Positions 11,397 to 21,713 of a DNA stretch of 64,000 bases are shown piece after piece. A model generated the notes under the pieces. The model was not told where the DNA came from. It searched no databases and saw nothing but the letters and a program-made list of their open reading frames with translations. Every line of letters begins with the position of its first letter. Position 1 is the stretch's first letter. A program made the translations under genes and the position numbers. Origin of the DNA: a virus (Duplodnaviria; Caudoviricetes); IMG/VR virus record IMGVR_UViG_2671180244_000004, positions 69,202-133,201 of that record. One strand, written 5' to 3'.

Positions 11397-11933
11397 ATGG
11401 CAACAAAACTTCAAAAAGCTATTACTGAAGTAGGTAAACATACTACTGGCAATTTAAATTCATTAAAAATTAAAACAGTGGCGCATGGCGCTAAAGTGTC
11501 TGGTTCTGATATTGATAATTTCACATTGGTGGAACTAGGATTCAATTCAGACGGAGATCGTATTGCGAAAAAATTGTCTGATAAGACGAAAAAAGCTTAT
11601 TTGATTGCGACTCCAGAAACTCGTTACATGGGTGAGTCACTAAGAGACTTTTACAATGGTGACGGCGAACGTGCAAGAATTGTTATTTTAGAGCCCGCTT
11701 ATACTCGCTTCGATGTTTCGGCATTCACGCTTAACACTGGTCAAACTGAAGTTAAACGTGGACAAGTAGCCCATTTCGACATTGCAACGGATAAATATAT
11801 TCTGAGTGATGCTGCAGCACCGCATGAAGACTATGAAGGCTCTTCAGCTAAATTCCTAGTAGTCAATGGTGAAGATGACCTTAGTTATACGATGGGTCAA
11901 AAACTTGTTCGACTTGAAGTAATTGAAGCTTAA
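11397..11933 (+). CDS. yonC: Capsid-associated (decoration-like) protein
   Basis: 178 aa preceding major capsid; synteny. Confidence 0.7.
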   Translation: MATKLQKAITEVGKHTTGNLNSLKIKTVAHGAKVSGSDIDNFTLVELGFNSDGDRIAKKLSDKTKKAYLIATPETRYMGESLRDFYNGDGERARIVILEPAYTRFDVSAFTLNTGQTEVKRGQVAHFDIATDKYILSDAAAPHEDYEGSSAKFLVVNGEDDLSYTMGQKLVRLEVIEA

Positions 11934-11974
11934 GTAATTACATACAAAAATTTCTCAATAAAAGGAGCATTTTA

Positions 11975-12988
11975 ATGTTTGATAATGTAAAAGTTAGAGG
12001 CCTATTCAGCCGTGTTCTAAACAACCAAATGGAGCAAAAGGATGAATCGGATATCAAAGAATGTATTAAAAAAGTATTTGGTGATGGCACAGTAAATCCT
12101 GACCCTTCAATGTTACATCAATTCAACAATTTGGTTGTTGAACAAGCAGATGCCATTGCAAAGCCTAAAGTTACAGAGTTGTTTAAGCTTTTTGCTGATA
12201 CTGACCAAGAAAAACCAGGAACGCTCAAACAACTTAAAATTCCGAAGAAAAACAAAGCTAAATTTGTATGGTCTGCATCTGGTTCAGGCGTAGATTTAGT
12301 TCGTGTTGAAGGTCGTGAGTCCATTACTGCAGTGCCACAAACACTTTCTACAGGATTCTACTACGAACCTCTAGATCTCGTTGCGGACACTGTTGTTGCT
12401 TTTGATAAGCTTGTTAATGACATTGCTGACGCAAAGGTTCGTCTATATTTAGATAAAATTCACGAATTAACCGCTTCGGCAGTTAGCTCTGGAAAAATCC
12501 CTGCAAAGAACGTACAAACTGGATCCAACCTAACTATTCAAAAATATAGTGAGTTAGCTTCTGTTCTTCAACGTTATGGAGGTCGCCCGGTATTTATTGC
12601 AGATTCATTGCTTATTGACTATTTTGCTAATCAACAAGGGACTGATCCGAAATACGTCAATCTCCTTTCTGACAAAATCAAAGAGGAGCTTCTTACAGCA
12701 CTAAACCCATCTACAATCGGAAGAACTACAGCTGTTAACTTGATTAACCCATTCACTGATGAAACAAATACAAAAGTTGAGTTGCCGGTAAATAAAGGGT
12801 ACATGTTTGCTGGCGGAGTCTCACAAAAACCATTTTCTGTTGTGGAATATGGTGGTTTAAAACAAATGACTGAACAAGATATTGAAGACGAGCGAGTAAA
12901 AATGAAAATCACTCAATCTGCTTCTCTCGTTCTACTTTTCGGCGAAGCTATCGGCATCATCGAAGAACAGGCAGCAGTATCCATTTAA
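11975..12988 (+). CDS. yonB: Major capsid protein
   Basis: 337 aa, position and similarity to SPbeta YonB. Confidence 0.8.
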   Translation: MFDNVKVRGLFSRVLNNQMEQKDESDIKECIKKVFGDGTVNPDPSMLHQFNNLVVEQADAIAKPKVTELFKLFADTDQEKPGTLKQLKIPKKNKAKFVWSASGSGVDLVRVEGRESITAVPQTLSTGFYYEPLDLVADTVVAFDKLVNDIADAKVRLYLDKIHELTASAVSSGKIPAKNVQTGSNLTIQKYSELASVLQRYGGRPVFIADSLLIDYFANQQGTDPKYVNLLSDKIKEELLTALNPSTIGRTTAVNLINPFTDETNTKVELPVNKGYMFAGGVSQKPFSVVEYGGLKQMTEQDIEDERVKMKITQSASLVLLFGEAIGIIEEQAAVSI

Positions 12989-13024
12989 TTTAAGTTAAAA
13001 AGGATTAATTAGGAGGAATATTAA

Positions 13025-13495
13025 TTGACGGAAAAAGTTAAATTAGCACGTTATAGAAATACATCATACTTTGTAGGATACACCGGTGACGGTGCAAATA
13101 AACAATATACTTGGACAGGAAGTAAAAATGGAAAAGTCGATGTCAAAGAAGTCCCAAGAGAACTAGTTGATTGGTTAACTATGAGTAGCGTATGTTTTGA
13201 CAAAGGTGAATTGGTTTTGATTGAGGAAAATGAGGAATCAAAAGAAATTACAGACTCTATTAATGATGTTGAGACTTATGTTAATAACACTCATACCAAA
13301 GAAGAGATTGAAGCTATGATTAAGTCGAGTACTGCTGCTCAGCTCAAGAAACAATTGACCGAGATCACTGTGGAAGCTGAAAAGCAATTTGTAATAGATG
13401 TTGCATCAGAATTCAGTGATGATATCGCTAAAGGCAAACTTACAGTTTTAGCTGACTGGATGGGTGTAGAAGACAGTTCTATTCTTTTTGATTAG
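13025..13495 (+). CDS. yonA: YonA-like virion protein
   Basis: Synteny; AGGAGG RBS with TTG start. Confidence 0.65.
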   Translation: MTEKVKLARYRNTSYFVGYTGDGANKQYTWTGSKNGKVDVKEVPRELVDWLTMSSVCFDKGELVLIEENEESKEITDSINDVETYVNNTHTKEEIEAMIKSSTAAQLKKQLTEITVEAEKQFVIDVASEFSDDIAKGKLTVLADWMGVEDSSILFD

Positions 13496-13505
13496 GTGGT
13501 AATTT

Positions 13506-13907
13506 ATGAATACTACATATGATCAAATTTGGCAATGTTTCTTAGATAATTGCAAAACCTCTGATATAAACCTCCCTACTGATGACGAAGGTATTTACTC
13601 TCAAATCAAGAATGCCTCCCTTCTCTTCAATAATCGGTTTAGAGATAATCGAATTAAGTGTGACAATGATACAGAGACTGTAGATCGTCTTCTAAATGAA
13701 GATGATCTGCTTATCTTGGGGAATTACATACGTTTGGTGTTTTTAAAAAATGAATTAACCTCTTATTCGAGTATATGGCAACCCTTCTCCAAAGACATTG
13801 GGGCAACTCATCTTTCAGCTCAGATTAAAGCACTTGAATCCCAGGTGAATGAGCAGCAAAGAACAATTGACAAAATAATTTTTAATACGGAGGTAGATTT
13901 CGTATGA
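13506..13907 (+). CDS. yomZ: Putative head-tail adaptor
   Basis: Synteny, size. Confidence 0.6.
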   Translation: MNTTYDQIWQCFLDNCKTSDINLPTDDEGIYSQIKNASLLFNNRFRDNRIKCDNDTETVDRLLNEDDLLILGNYIRLVFLKNELTSYSSIWQPFSKDIGATHLSAQIKALESQVNEQQRTIDKIIFNTEVDFV

Positions 13908-14140
13908 GATTATATGTAAACGATCAATTGTATTCTAGCTGCGTACCAATTAACGAACACCTTACTAGACTAAGTAAGAAAAATAATTCAGTGCTATACA
14001 AACTGGAAGAATTTCTAGATAAAAAATTGATTGCCGATCCCTCTTTGTCTGAAATTAGAGACATTATTTTATCAGTAAGTGGTGATATCGTACGTTTGGA
14101 AAATTCTATTGTTTGTGGTGATCATGATGAGGAACTTTAA
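13904..14140 (+). CDS. Small phage protein (YomY position)
   Basis: ATGA overlap with upstream gene; synteny. Confidence 0.6.
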   Translation: MRLYVNDQLYSSCVPINEHLTRLSKKNNSVLYKLEEFLDKKLIADPSLSEIRDIILSVSGDIVRLENSIVCGDHDEEL

Positions 14141-14771
14141 AAATTATCATAAATTTAATCCTAATCAGAAGATTTCTTTTGATGGACAGAGTATTTTCGA
14201 ACGTGGACTAGAAGGATTTCAAGGTGAAGATGTTTTTATTGACGGTATTTCCGTGAAATGTCTGATTCAATCTAAATCAAATGATGGATTGTTTAGATAC
14301 ATATTAGCTAAACCTGATGAGATTAAATTGGGTAGTGTTGTTGAATGGGATATCGGCAAATGGTTGATTGTAACACAACCCAGTGACAATAAGATTTACA
14401 AAAAAGCAGAAATGCGACTGTGCAACAGTTCAATCAAATTATCTTCAGGTGACATATATGTAGATACAGGTAAAATCAATGAAATCACTGGAAAACCAAT
14501 AAAAAAACTTGTTCCTGGTGAAAGCATTGAAATCCCTTCCGTGTTTGAGAGAACTGTTTCAGTTAATGGCTCTGATCAACCTATCAATCTTCCTGATGGC
14601 CAAGCTCACATCACTCTCCCCTACTCAACTAATCCTCAATTAAAAATTGGGTTAAAAACGCAATTTTATTCAGAAGAGTATATTGTCCACGATATTGATT
14701 ATTCAAAAGTGATTAATGGCGTAGGTACTATTAAGCTCATTGCAAAAAAGAAAGTCAGTGATGCCAAATGA
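14127..14771 (+). CDS. yomX: Putative head closure/neck protein
   Basis: Synteny, beta-rich. Confidence 0.6.
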   Translation: MRNFKNYHKFNPNQKISFDGQSIFERGLEGFQGEDVFIDGISVKCLIQSKSNDGLFRYILAKPDEIKLGSVVEWDIGKWLIVTQPSDNKIYKKAEMRLCNSSIKLSSGDIYVDTGKINEITGKPIKKLVPGESIEIPSVFERTVSVNGSDQPINLPDGQAHITLPYSTNPQLKIGLKTQFYSEEYIVHDIDYSKVINGVGTIKLIAKKKVSDAK

Positions 14772-15283
14772 GTATGATGGTTCAAGAAATGACTGAGTTG
14801 TTTAATAGAGCATGGCAGGATAACGATCTAAATCGTCTTCTCTACTATAAAGACACCCCCCTCTCCCCTAATCTTCCTAATGTACAAGAGTTGAATAATT
14901 ATTTTGAATCAACTCCCGATGAACAAACTCCAATATTCAAGACAATCTTCAAAAGGGCTGCTAAAACAAGCGATCTAACTGATGACAAGCCTATTTGTAG
15001 AGTGTGTATTTATTTTGGCCTCTCTTCACCGCTCCCTCCGCATTTAAGTGAAAAAGTTTTAGAGCGAGATTTGCATTTTGATGTATACACTCACATTGAC
15101 ACATTCGAAGAAAACGAATTTAGAAGTCTTAAAATTATAGACAGACTTTCAAAGCTGTACTTAGGGAAGAATGTTGCTGGTTATGGGAAAACGCAGTTTG
15201 TAAGAGGGCAGCCAATCGCCAATCCTCCAAATGGTTACACTGGATACAAATTGATTTTAAAGATCGGTGGGCAAAAATGGTGA
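14768..15283 (+). CDS. yomW: Putative tail completion protein
   Basis: Synteny. Confidence 0.6.
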   Translation: MSMMVQEMTELFNRAWQDNDLNRLLYYKDTPLSPNLPNVQELNNYFESTPDEQTPIFKTIFKRAAKTSDLTDDKPICRVCIYFGLSSPLPPHLSEKVLERDLHFDVYTHIDTFEENEFRSLKIIDRLSKLYLGKNVAGYGKTQFVRGQPIANPPNGYTGYKLILKIGGQKW

Positions 15284-16005
15284 TCTCATTTAATCTTGAT
15301 TATTTAATCACTGGGCAGCCTATTAAAACTCCGTATGGCGAGTGTTCTTTTATAAAGATTAAAGATTATCCGCAATTCTACACCCATTTAGCTTTGTTCA
15401 AAATGTCCAAGAAAGAGATCATTTATAACTATAGCAAGAAAGAAAACAATCAATATGGTGAGTTAGACGATTTAATTGCTGAGTTAAAAACGATGACACT
15501 ATTTGAAATAACTGGTGAGCTTGAAAACTTCAAAGAAGCATATGAATCAGTCTTTAGTTACATGTTCGGGAAAAACATTTTAGAGGATATTTCTGAAGAT
15601 GACTTCAACGATATTAGAAATTTGATTTTAAAAATGTGTGTTCTCAAAGAAGAGAAAATCAGTTCTAACCCAGAAATACAAAGAGCAAACGAACGAAGTC
15701 GTAGGGTAAAACAAGCAGATTCGGGCAACGTTGAACTAGCTGACATTATAGACAGTGTTGCAATCGGTGCGAATACTCCTATTCATGTTATCAATGAGGG
15801 ATCGATGTATCAGTTATATAGGCTGTATTATCGACTGGCACAATTTAAGAATTACGAAACCACTACTCTGTTTGCAACGGTAAGCCCAGAAGCTGGTAAA
15901 AATATTGAAAGTTGGAGTAAGTCTATTGACTTATTTGAGGAAGAAAAACACTACATGAGTAGAGAAAGCTTCTTTAATTCAACTAAAGGTTTCGCACAAG
16001 GATGA
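15277..16005 (+). CDS. yomV: YomV-like protein
   Basis: Synteny, size. Confidence 0.6.
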   Translation: MVISFNLDYLITGQPIKTPYGECSFIKIKDYPQFYTHLALFKMSKKEIIYNYSKKENNQYGELDDLIAELKTMTLFEITGELENFKEAYESVFSYMFGKNILEDISEDDFNDIRNLILKMCVLKEEKISSNPEIQRANERSRRVKQADSGNVELADIIDSVAIGANTPIHVINEGSMYQLYRLYYRLAQFKNYETTTLFATVSPEAGKNIESWSKSIDLFEEEKHYMSRESFFNSTKGFAQG

Positions 16006-16048
16006 TGCATTGCATCGTCTTTTTTTATTTTTAAGGAGGAATACATTA

Positions 16049-16840
16049 ATGAAAATGGTAATTCAAGACACAGCTGATGTTTATTTCAAACGTAAATCTG
16101 ATGGACATACTGTGTTTACAACTGAAGCTCAATTAGCTTCCCTATCTGGAGCTATCTCCGAGGAAAAGCTATACGCTGGAATCGGCAACAAACCTGTCTA
16201 TATTCTCAAGACTCAAAAAGAACTTACCCTATCTGTTAGGAATGCTTTGTTTGACCTTGAGTTCTTAGCGATGTCACAAGGTGAAGGTGTCCGAGAGGAT
16301 GTCAGTGTTAAACTATTTGATCGTGAACACAGTATTAAAGTTACGGAAGACAATAGTGTTGAATTAAAAGGAAAGACTCTTGCGGATCACATGGTTACTT
16401 TTTACAACAAAAAGAATCAGACATATCAAGTCATTTCTAGCAGCGATGGAAAATACACGTTGCCAACTGCGTTTGTATCTCCGAAGGAAACTGTTACCGC
16501 AGTATTCCATGTTGAAAAAATGGGTAGAAGTATGAATATCAAGGCCTCTCGCTTTTCTGAGAGATATGAAGTTGAATATAGAACAATTGCTTACAATCCA
16601 GAAACTGAGCAAGTCTATTCTGATATCATTATTCAGTTCCCTAACGTATCTCCTTCAGGAGAATTCGAGCTGTCTTTAGAAAACGGTCAGGCGTTAACTC
16701 CAGAGTTCAAATTCGAAGCGCTTGCTGATATGGACACTGATAATATGGCTGTGATTTCAGAAATTCCACGTGATCAATCAGAGAATAAAACTCCTACTCA
16801 GCCAGACGAAGGTTCTACCGATGGTGATCTAGGAGAATAA
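16049..16840 (+). CDS. yomU: Major tail (tube) protein, YomU-like
   Basis: AAGGAGG RBS before ATG 16049; tail-tube-like sequence; synteny. Confidence 0.7.
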   Translation: MKMVIQDTADVYFKRKSDGHTVFTTEAQLASLSGAISEEKLYAGIGNKPVYILKTQKELTLSVRNALFDLEFLAMSQGEGVREDVSVKLFDREHSIKVTEDNSVELKGKTLADHMVTFYNKKNQTYQVISSSDGKYTLPTAFVSPKETVTAVFHVEKMGRSMNIKASRFSERYEVEYRTIAYNPETEQVYSDIIIQFPNVSPSGEFELSLENGQALTPEFKFEALADMDTDNMAVISEIPRDQSENKTPTQPDEGSTDGDLGE

Positions 16841-16858
16841 TTAAAGGAGGTTATATTA

Positions 16859-17434
16859 TTGTCTGACTTTTTAAACCAGTCAAACGGACGATATACATCA
16901 TCTAAAGATGACGGGAATGGCAACCCTATCACCTCTGTTGAAGTGAACAACAAGAAGCCAATTGATGTAACTCTATCAAATGAAAAAATTTCTGTAGAAG
17001 TTTCTAACACATCTTCCGTTCCAGTTGTTATTAGAAATACAATCCCAATTAAAACAACTGTTCAAAAGGGTTATAAAGAAGCGCTACTTGCCGAAAATGT
17101 AGATATCACAAGTGGAGAGTCATCTGTATACACACTTGATTTGGTAGATGATTTTGGCTTGTTTAATACATATGGAGTTTCATTGTTAACAGCGCAAGAA
17201 GATGAATTAGGTAAGGTTGATTGTGCAATTTATGCAACCCCAAAAGTTAACTCCCAATTTTCTCCTTCTTCCCAAAGCGATAACACCATATTATTCAAAG
17301 ACTCTACACTTACAAAAGACTCCCCTCTTTCTAAATCGATTCCTTTCAGATCGCCTAAGATTTCAATTGTTGTCAAAGCGAGTGGAAATGTTGATTTAAC
17401 AGGCTTAACTTTAGCTGTCTGGGGTATGGATTGA
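16859..17434 (+). CDS. Putative tail-associated structural protein
   Basis: Strong RBS; beta-rich; tail module. Confidence 0.6.
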   Translation: MSDFLNQSNGRYTSSKDDGNGNPITSVEVNNKKPIDVTLSNEKISVEVSNTSSVPVVIRNTIPIKTTVQKGYKEALLAENVDITSGESSVYTLDLVDDFGLFNTYGVSLLTAQEDELGKVDCAIYATPKVNSQFSPSSQSDNTILFKDSTLTKDSPLSKSIPFRSPKISIVVKASGNVDLTGLTLAVWGMD

Positions 17435-17475
17435 ATTATTTATGAGGAGGTCTCCCCTCCTCTTTTTTATAAGGA

Positions 17476-17841
17476 GTGATTATTATAGCAGAAGATACAG
17501 CTCCTATTGTCGTAATTCCTGATCGTGCATCATTTGTTTTTCATGAGAAGTCAGTCTCCCCTTCTGATGGTGAGCCATTTGAAGTTAAACACTACCAAAA
17601 ACTAGCTATCACCATCACTGGGACATCTACTTCAAGGAAAATTTCGTTTGTCGGCTTAACGAATGATGATCAGGAAATTGAATTAGGAGGTACTCAGTTA
17701 AGTGATTACCGAATAGCAACTGGAACAGAAGGAATTAACGAGGCTTGGGAATTCTCAATTTTCCCTTTTAAAAAAGTGTTTTTTAAATTGGATGAAGTAA
17801 CTGATGGTGATGTTACCGTTTATGGGGAGGTATCCACCTAA
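17476..17841 (+). CDS. YomS/XepA-like jelly-roll protein
   Basis: ITITGTSTSRKISF motif recalls YomS/XepA; synteny. Confidence 0.6.
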   Translation: MIIIAEDTAPIVVIPDRASFVFHEKSVSPSDGEPFEVKHYQKLAITITGTSTSRKISFVGLTNDDQEIELGGTQLSDYRIATGTEGINEAWEFSIFPFKKVFFKLDEVTDGDVTVYGEVST

Positions 17842-18929
17842 TGCTCGACTCCAATATTAAAGGTCTCTTCAAAAAAATCGAATATCAACTTGCTAATTTA
17901 AAGGGTTTGTTTACTAAAAATGAAAAGCAAATGCTCGATAGCATCAAGGTGTTCAAAGAGGAAAATGATCAATTTAAAGAAGATCAAACCTTTTTGTTAA
18001 ATGATCACATTAATAATAATGAAAACCCGCACAATGTAACAAAAGAACAGATTGGTCTATCAAACGTTTTGAATAAGGAACAGGCGACTAAAGAAGAGTT
18101 TAGTGAGCATTCAAATAATCACGAGATACATGTTACACAATCTCAGAAAGATGAGTGGTCGATCAAAGAGACAGTTGATGGCTCTCAAGAAAAAGCTGAT
18201 AAAGCCCTTGATGATGCAGCTAAGTTGCTATCACTCCATAAAAATGAACTGGGTATACATACTTCATTGGAAGAAAAACAGCATTGGAACGGGTATTCAA
18301 ACCTTATTAACGAACTGGATCAAACTTTGCAAAATTCTCAGTTATATAGAATTACAACTGCTAATGGATATGCGACACAGATACAAAATTCAGTTGATAT
18401 ATTTACGCTAAAAACTGGAGTCTACTTTGGGAAAAGTCTTGTTAATTCGCCTATTTCTACTGATGAAGATATATTTGTCATCGTTTTTGAAAAAGATGAA
18501 AACACCAAAAGTATTAATGTGGTAAGGCTGAACGATGGGGAAATGTGGACTTCAGCAACACAGAATCAAATTAACTCTGAATGGGTAAAAGCCATTTCAT
18601 TAAATGATTATAAGAGAAAATGGACAAACACAACCTTAATCAACGGAGCAGTCACTAATCCTCTTTATCCATTAAAACACAGTTTAAATACTTTGGATAA
18701 TTCACTTGATATACAAGGAACATTCACAGCTTCGGTTGGCACTACTATTGCAGCATTGTCTTACTATCCTTCTCAGAATATCGACTTTACTGGAGCAACA
18801 ATTGGATCCATCGGTATAGCTCGCATGACATTGAAAACAAATGGTGAGTTGGTTTATACAGGTTTGAATTCTAGTGACAATACTAAAGTCGAAAGAATAT
18901 CTTTGAATGAAAATATAAAGCTTACATGA
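17841..18929 (+). CDS. Tail fibre-like protein (YomR/XkdV-like)
   Basis: NPHNVTKEQIGLSNVLN fibre repeat and knob-like C-terminus. Confidence 0.7.
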   Translation: MLDSNIKGLFKKIEYQLANLKGLFTKNEKQMLDSIKVFKEENDQFKEDQTFLLNDHINNNENPHNVTKEQIGLSNVLNKEQATKEEFSEHSNNHEIHVTQSQKDEWSIKETVDGSQEKADKALDDAAKLLSLHKNELGIHTSLEEKQHWNGYSNLINELDQTLQNSQLYRITTANGYATQIQNSVDIFTLKTGVYFGKSLVNSPISTDEDIFVIVFEKDENTKSINVVRLNDGEMWTSATQNQINSEWVKAISLNDYKRKWTNTTLINGAVTNPLYPLKHSLNTLDNSLDIQGTFTASVGTTIAALSYYPSQNIDFTGATIGSIGIARMTLKTNGELVYTGLNSSDNTKVERISLNENIKLT

Positions 18930-18941
18930 AGAGGCACAGCA

Positions 18942-19217
18942 ATGAAAACAATATTTTATTATGATGAAAACTTTGTTTACTCAAGACAGTATGACTATTT
19001 TGAAGGAGAAATTTTGCCAGAAATGAGCACAGATATCGCCCCTCCCCAATCACTTTATTTAGGAAAATTTGATCCTAAGAAAAAACAGTGGAATGAATCT
19101 GCTTCTCAGGAGTATAAAGATTCATTGCAAGTCGAGCTTAAACCTCCTGAAATTAACTTGGTTAAACAGCAAGTATCCGATCTTTATTATTTGATTGCGA
19201 TGGGAGGAGGAATTTAA
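18942..19217 (+). CDS. Tail fibre assembly protein (YomQ-like)
   Basis: STDIAPP...FDPKKKQWNE motif. Confidence 0.65.
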   Translation: MKTIFYYDENFVYSRQYDYFEGEILPEMSTDIAPPQSLYLGKFDPKKKQWNESASQEYKDSLQVELKPPEINLVKQQVSDLYYLIAMGGGI

Positions 19218-19373
19218 ATGAATACTGAGTTTGACTGGTATAAAGTAATTAAAGGTTTTTACGATGATGGACTTTGGACTAAAGAGAGAGTGTACAACAC
19301 TGTGGGCGCAGGAAGAATCACGCCTGAACAGTATGAAGAAATCACAGGAGAAAAATATACTCCACCACAATAA
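19218..19373 (+). CDS. XkdX family protein (51 aa)
   Basis: GRITPEQYEEITGE motif; GGAGG RBS; not in ORF track. Confidence 0.85.
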   Translation: MNTEFDWYKVIKGFYDDGLWTKERVYNTVGAGRITPEQYEEITGEKYTPPQ

Positions 19374-19387
19374 AATAAGAATTTTAT
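19370..19387. repeat. Palindromic ATAAAA-N6-TTTTAT site (also 41132-41149 and 56745-56762; variants 4989-5006 and 21571-21588)
   Basis: Same 6-bp arms and 6-bp spacer recur at gene or module ends. Confidence 0.55.
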
Positions 19388-19648
19388 TGAAATAGAAGGT
19401 TTAACTTGAACGTTCTTGCTAACTTTGTTGATGTGTCAGAGGACATTTTACTTTTGAAGGGTTTCTGCAAAGAATCTCTTAAAGGAAAATTAAAATGGCT
19501 TTTCTTTTTATACCCTTTGTGTCTATTAGCAGTGACACTGTTAAAGCTCACTTCCCTTGTTTATTCAATAAAACACAATAAATATTCTAAAAAACGCTAA
19601 CACCTCTCCCCTATTTGAGGTGTTTTTATTTTAATCATAAGGAGAGAT

Positions 19649-20131
19649 ATGATGACAACACAAAAATTAACACTTGATCACATTAAAGATGGGAATAAAA
19701 AATACGATGAGAAAGTCAAGGTTCAGTTAGATGAAAAGTTTCATGTACATATCTACCCTAACTTTGATCCAGTTAAGATTACTCAAATGATCAAAATGGC
19801 TTTGGAAGATGCAGCTGAAATTGAGTCGAATAAAAAGATTAAACACAAACTTAATTTCGTTGATCTTTTAAACATTTATACAATCCTCACCTTCAGTGAT
19901 ATCGCTAATATCCCACAAGGAATCACATCGAAAGTTAACTTAATGAGTGAATTGGTTAAGTCCCCATACTATCAAATAATCAACGATTCTTTTCCTAAAG
20001 AGAGTTTCGAAAGCATTGATGAGAAATTGCGTTCAATGACAGAAGGTATGATCAAAACTCAAGAGGCACTTACTGATAAAGCGAACGAAGAAATCTTGAA
20101 AAAAGTTGAAAAACTAAATGCTGAAGCATAA
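19649..20131 (+). CDS. yomO: YomO-like protein (possible tail assembly chaperone)
   Basis: Synteny, size. Confidence 0.55.
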   Translation: MMTTQKLTLDHIKDGNKKYDEKVKVQLDEKFHVHIYPNFDPVKITQMIKMALEDAAEIESNKKIKHKLNFVDLLNIYTILTFSDIANIPQGITSKVNLMSELVKSPYYQIINDSFPKESFESIDEKLRSMTEGMIKTQEALTDKANEEILKKVEKLNAEA

Positions 20132-20553
20132 TGGCCAAAAATCATAAGGGATTAGCCGCTATGCTTGAAAAAGCAGCTTTAAAAGCCTTGCAGACTGGCA
20201 GTCATACAAAAGAGCTCTTAGTCAAAACAGGTCAAGAGCAAGTCCAAACAGTTGTATATGATTCATATAGTCCAGTGGAATATAACCGAACTGGTGAGTT
20301 AAAGGCTTATTTTGTTGTAGCTAATGAATCAAATGGAATCTCACTAGACAACGTAAGAGCAGACGATGGACGAGATGTTGCAACAGTTGTTGAGACTGGT
20401 GAAGGATACCAATTCCCTGACGAATATGGTTATGGCTATGGTGAGCCTCGTCCTTTTATGGGCAACACTGCTGAAAAGCTCAAACACAGTGGTGAATTAG
20501 TGGAAGCTGCTATGAAAGATGTTCGCAAGGCTGGTTACAAGACAATCAAATAG
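20131..20553 (+). CDS. yomN: YomN-like tail completion-type protein
   Basis: YNRTGEL...PRPFM motif; synteny. Confidence 0.6.
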   Translation: MAKNHKGLAAMLEKAALKALQTGSHTKELLVKTGQEQVQTVVYDSYSPVEYNRTGELKAYFVVANESNGISLDNVRADDGRDVATVVETGEGYQFPDEYGYGYGEPRPFMGNTAEKLKHSGELVEAAMKDVRKAGYKTIK

Positions 20554-20572
20554 CCTGGCGGTGAATTTAAAA

Positions 20573-21574
20573 ATGAGTAAAGAAATTGAACAAAATATGC
20601 TCCGCAAAAGAGCACAGAAGCTCCCTGAAGTTACAGATGATATGTGGTCACAGGTCGATCAAGAACATCGAGACCTGGTTTCAGAGTTTCTAGATGCCAA
20701 CTCATTCAGGGATAAAACTAAAAAACAGTATCATTCTACACTACGTCAGTTTTTCTGGTGGGTACATACATCATTAAACGGCAAGAAGCTATACAAGATC
20801 ACTAAAAGAGATTTTATACGATACCAGAGCTTCTTGAAAAATCGTGGAATGTCTTCAAGTGGCATTGCACTAAAAAAAGCTTCTGTGTCTTCTCTTAACA
20901 ACTATCTTGAAAACATAGTGGCTGAAGACGATCCGAACTATAAGACTTTTCGAAACTTCACTCGCGGCCTCCCTGCTATACCTAAAACGGTGACTTATGA
21001 AAAAGTTAAAGTAACATACGATGATTACAAATTAATGATGGACACTCTAGAAGAAGATGAAAACTATCTTGGGATGGCATGGCTAGCCACTGCATTTAAT
21101 GTTGGTGGTCGTAGAGCAGAGTTAGTCCAGTTTAAAACAGAAATACTAGACTATCCTTTAAGTCAAGGTCAATCATATGTTATGAGTCATAAAGTGTTCG
21201 GAAAAGGCAGAGGCGAAGGGAAAGTTTTAGAATACATGGTGAATTTAGAGGCACTTAAGTACATGAGAATATGGCATGAGAAACGTGGATATGATCATGA
21301 GTACATCTTCACCACTCAATATGGCGGCGAGCCTAAGCAAATCTCAGAGTCGTGGGCAGATTATTTTTGTTCAGATGTACTTTCGGACATTCTCGGCAGA
21401 CGAATCAACCCTCACCTATTTAAAGCCTCTTGTATTACCTACCTTCTCGAAGTGAAAAAGATCAAGTTGGAATTGGTTAGTAAATACATTGCTCACCATA
21501 AAGATGTATCAACTACAATCAAACATTACGATTTAAGAAACTTCGAAGAAGAAAAGAATCAAATCTTCGTTTGA
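20573..21574 (+). CDS. yomM: Tyrosine recombinase family protein
   Basis: GGRRAE, PHLFKAS (HxxR changed to HxxK), AHH and KHY catalytic-region motifs. Confidence 0.85.
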   Translation: MSKEIEQNMLRKRAQKLPEVTDDMWSQVDQEHRDLVSEFLDANSFRDKTKKQYHSTLRQFFWWVHTSLNGKKLYKITKRDFIRYQSFLKNRGMSSSGIALKKASVSSLNNYLENIVAEDDPNYKTFRNFTRGLPAIPKTVTYEKVKVTYDDYKLMMDTLEEDENYLGMAWLATAFNVGGRRAELVQFKTEILDYPLSQGQSYVMSHKVFGKGRGEGKVLEYMVNLEALKYMRIWHEKRGYDHEYIFTTQYGGEPKQISESWADYFCSDVLSDILGRRINPHLFKASCITYLLEVKKIKLELVSKYIAHHKDVSTTIKHYDLRNFEEEKNQIFV

Positions 21575-21713
21575 AATCCCTCTTTTATTCAGAATCAAGA
21601 TCCTTCTTATGAGGGATTTTGCTTATGATTGAAGTAAAATGTAAAAAAAGAAGGTAATTTATCCTATCATGTCGAAATGTTCTTATATAGAATAATGATA
21701 GGAGAGAAAAAAG

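Noticed and set aside
19384-19600. ORF 19406-19600 (+) and a 55-codon ORF 19551-19384 (-)
   Set aside because: Neither has a well-spaced RBS or recognisable motif, although the minus ORF ends within the palindromic site.
20573-21574. YomM as the prophage integrase
   Set aside because: It lies far from the att junction inside the tail module, and SPbeta-like phages integrate with serine recombinases.
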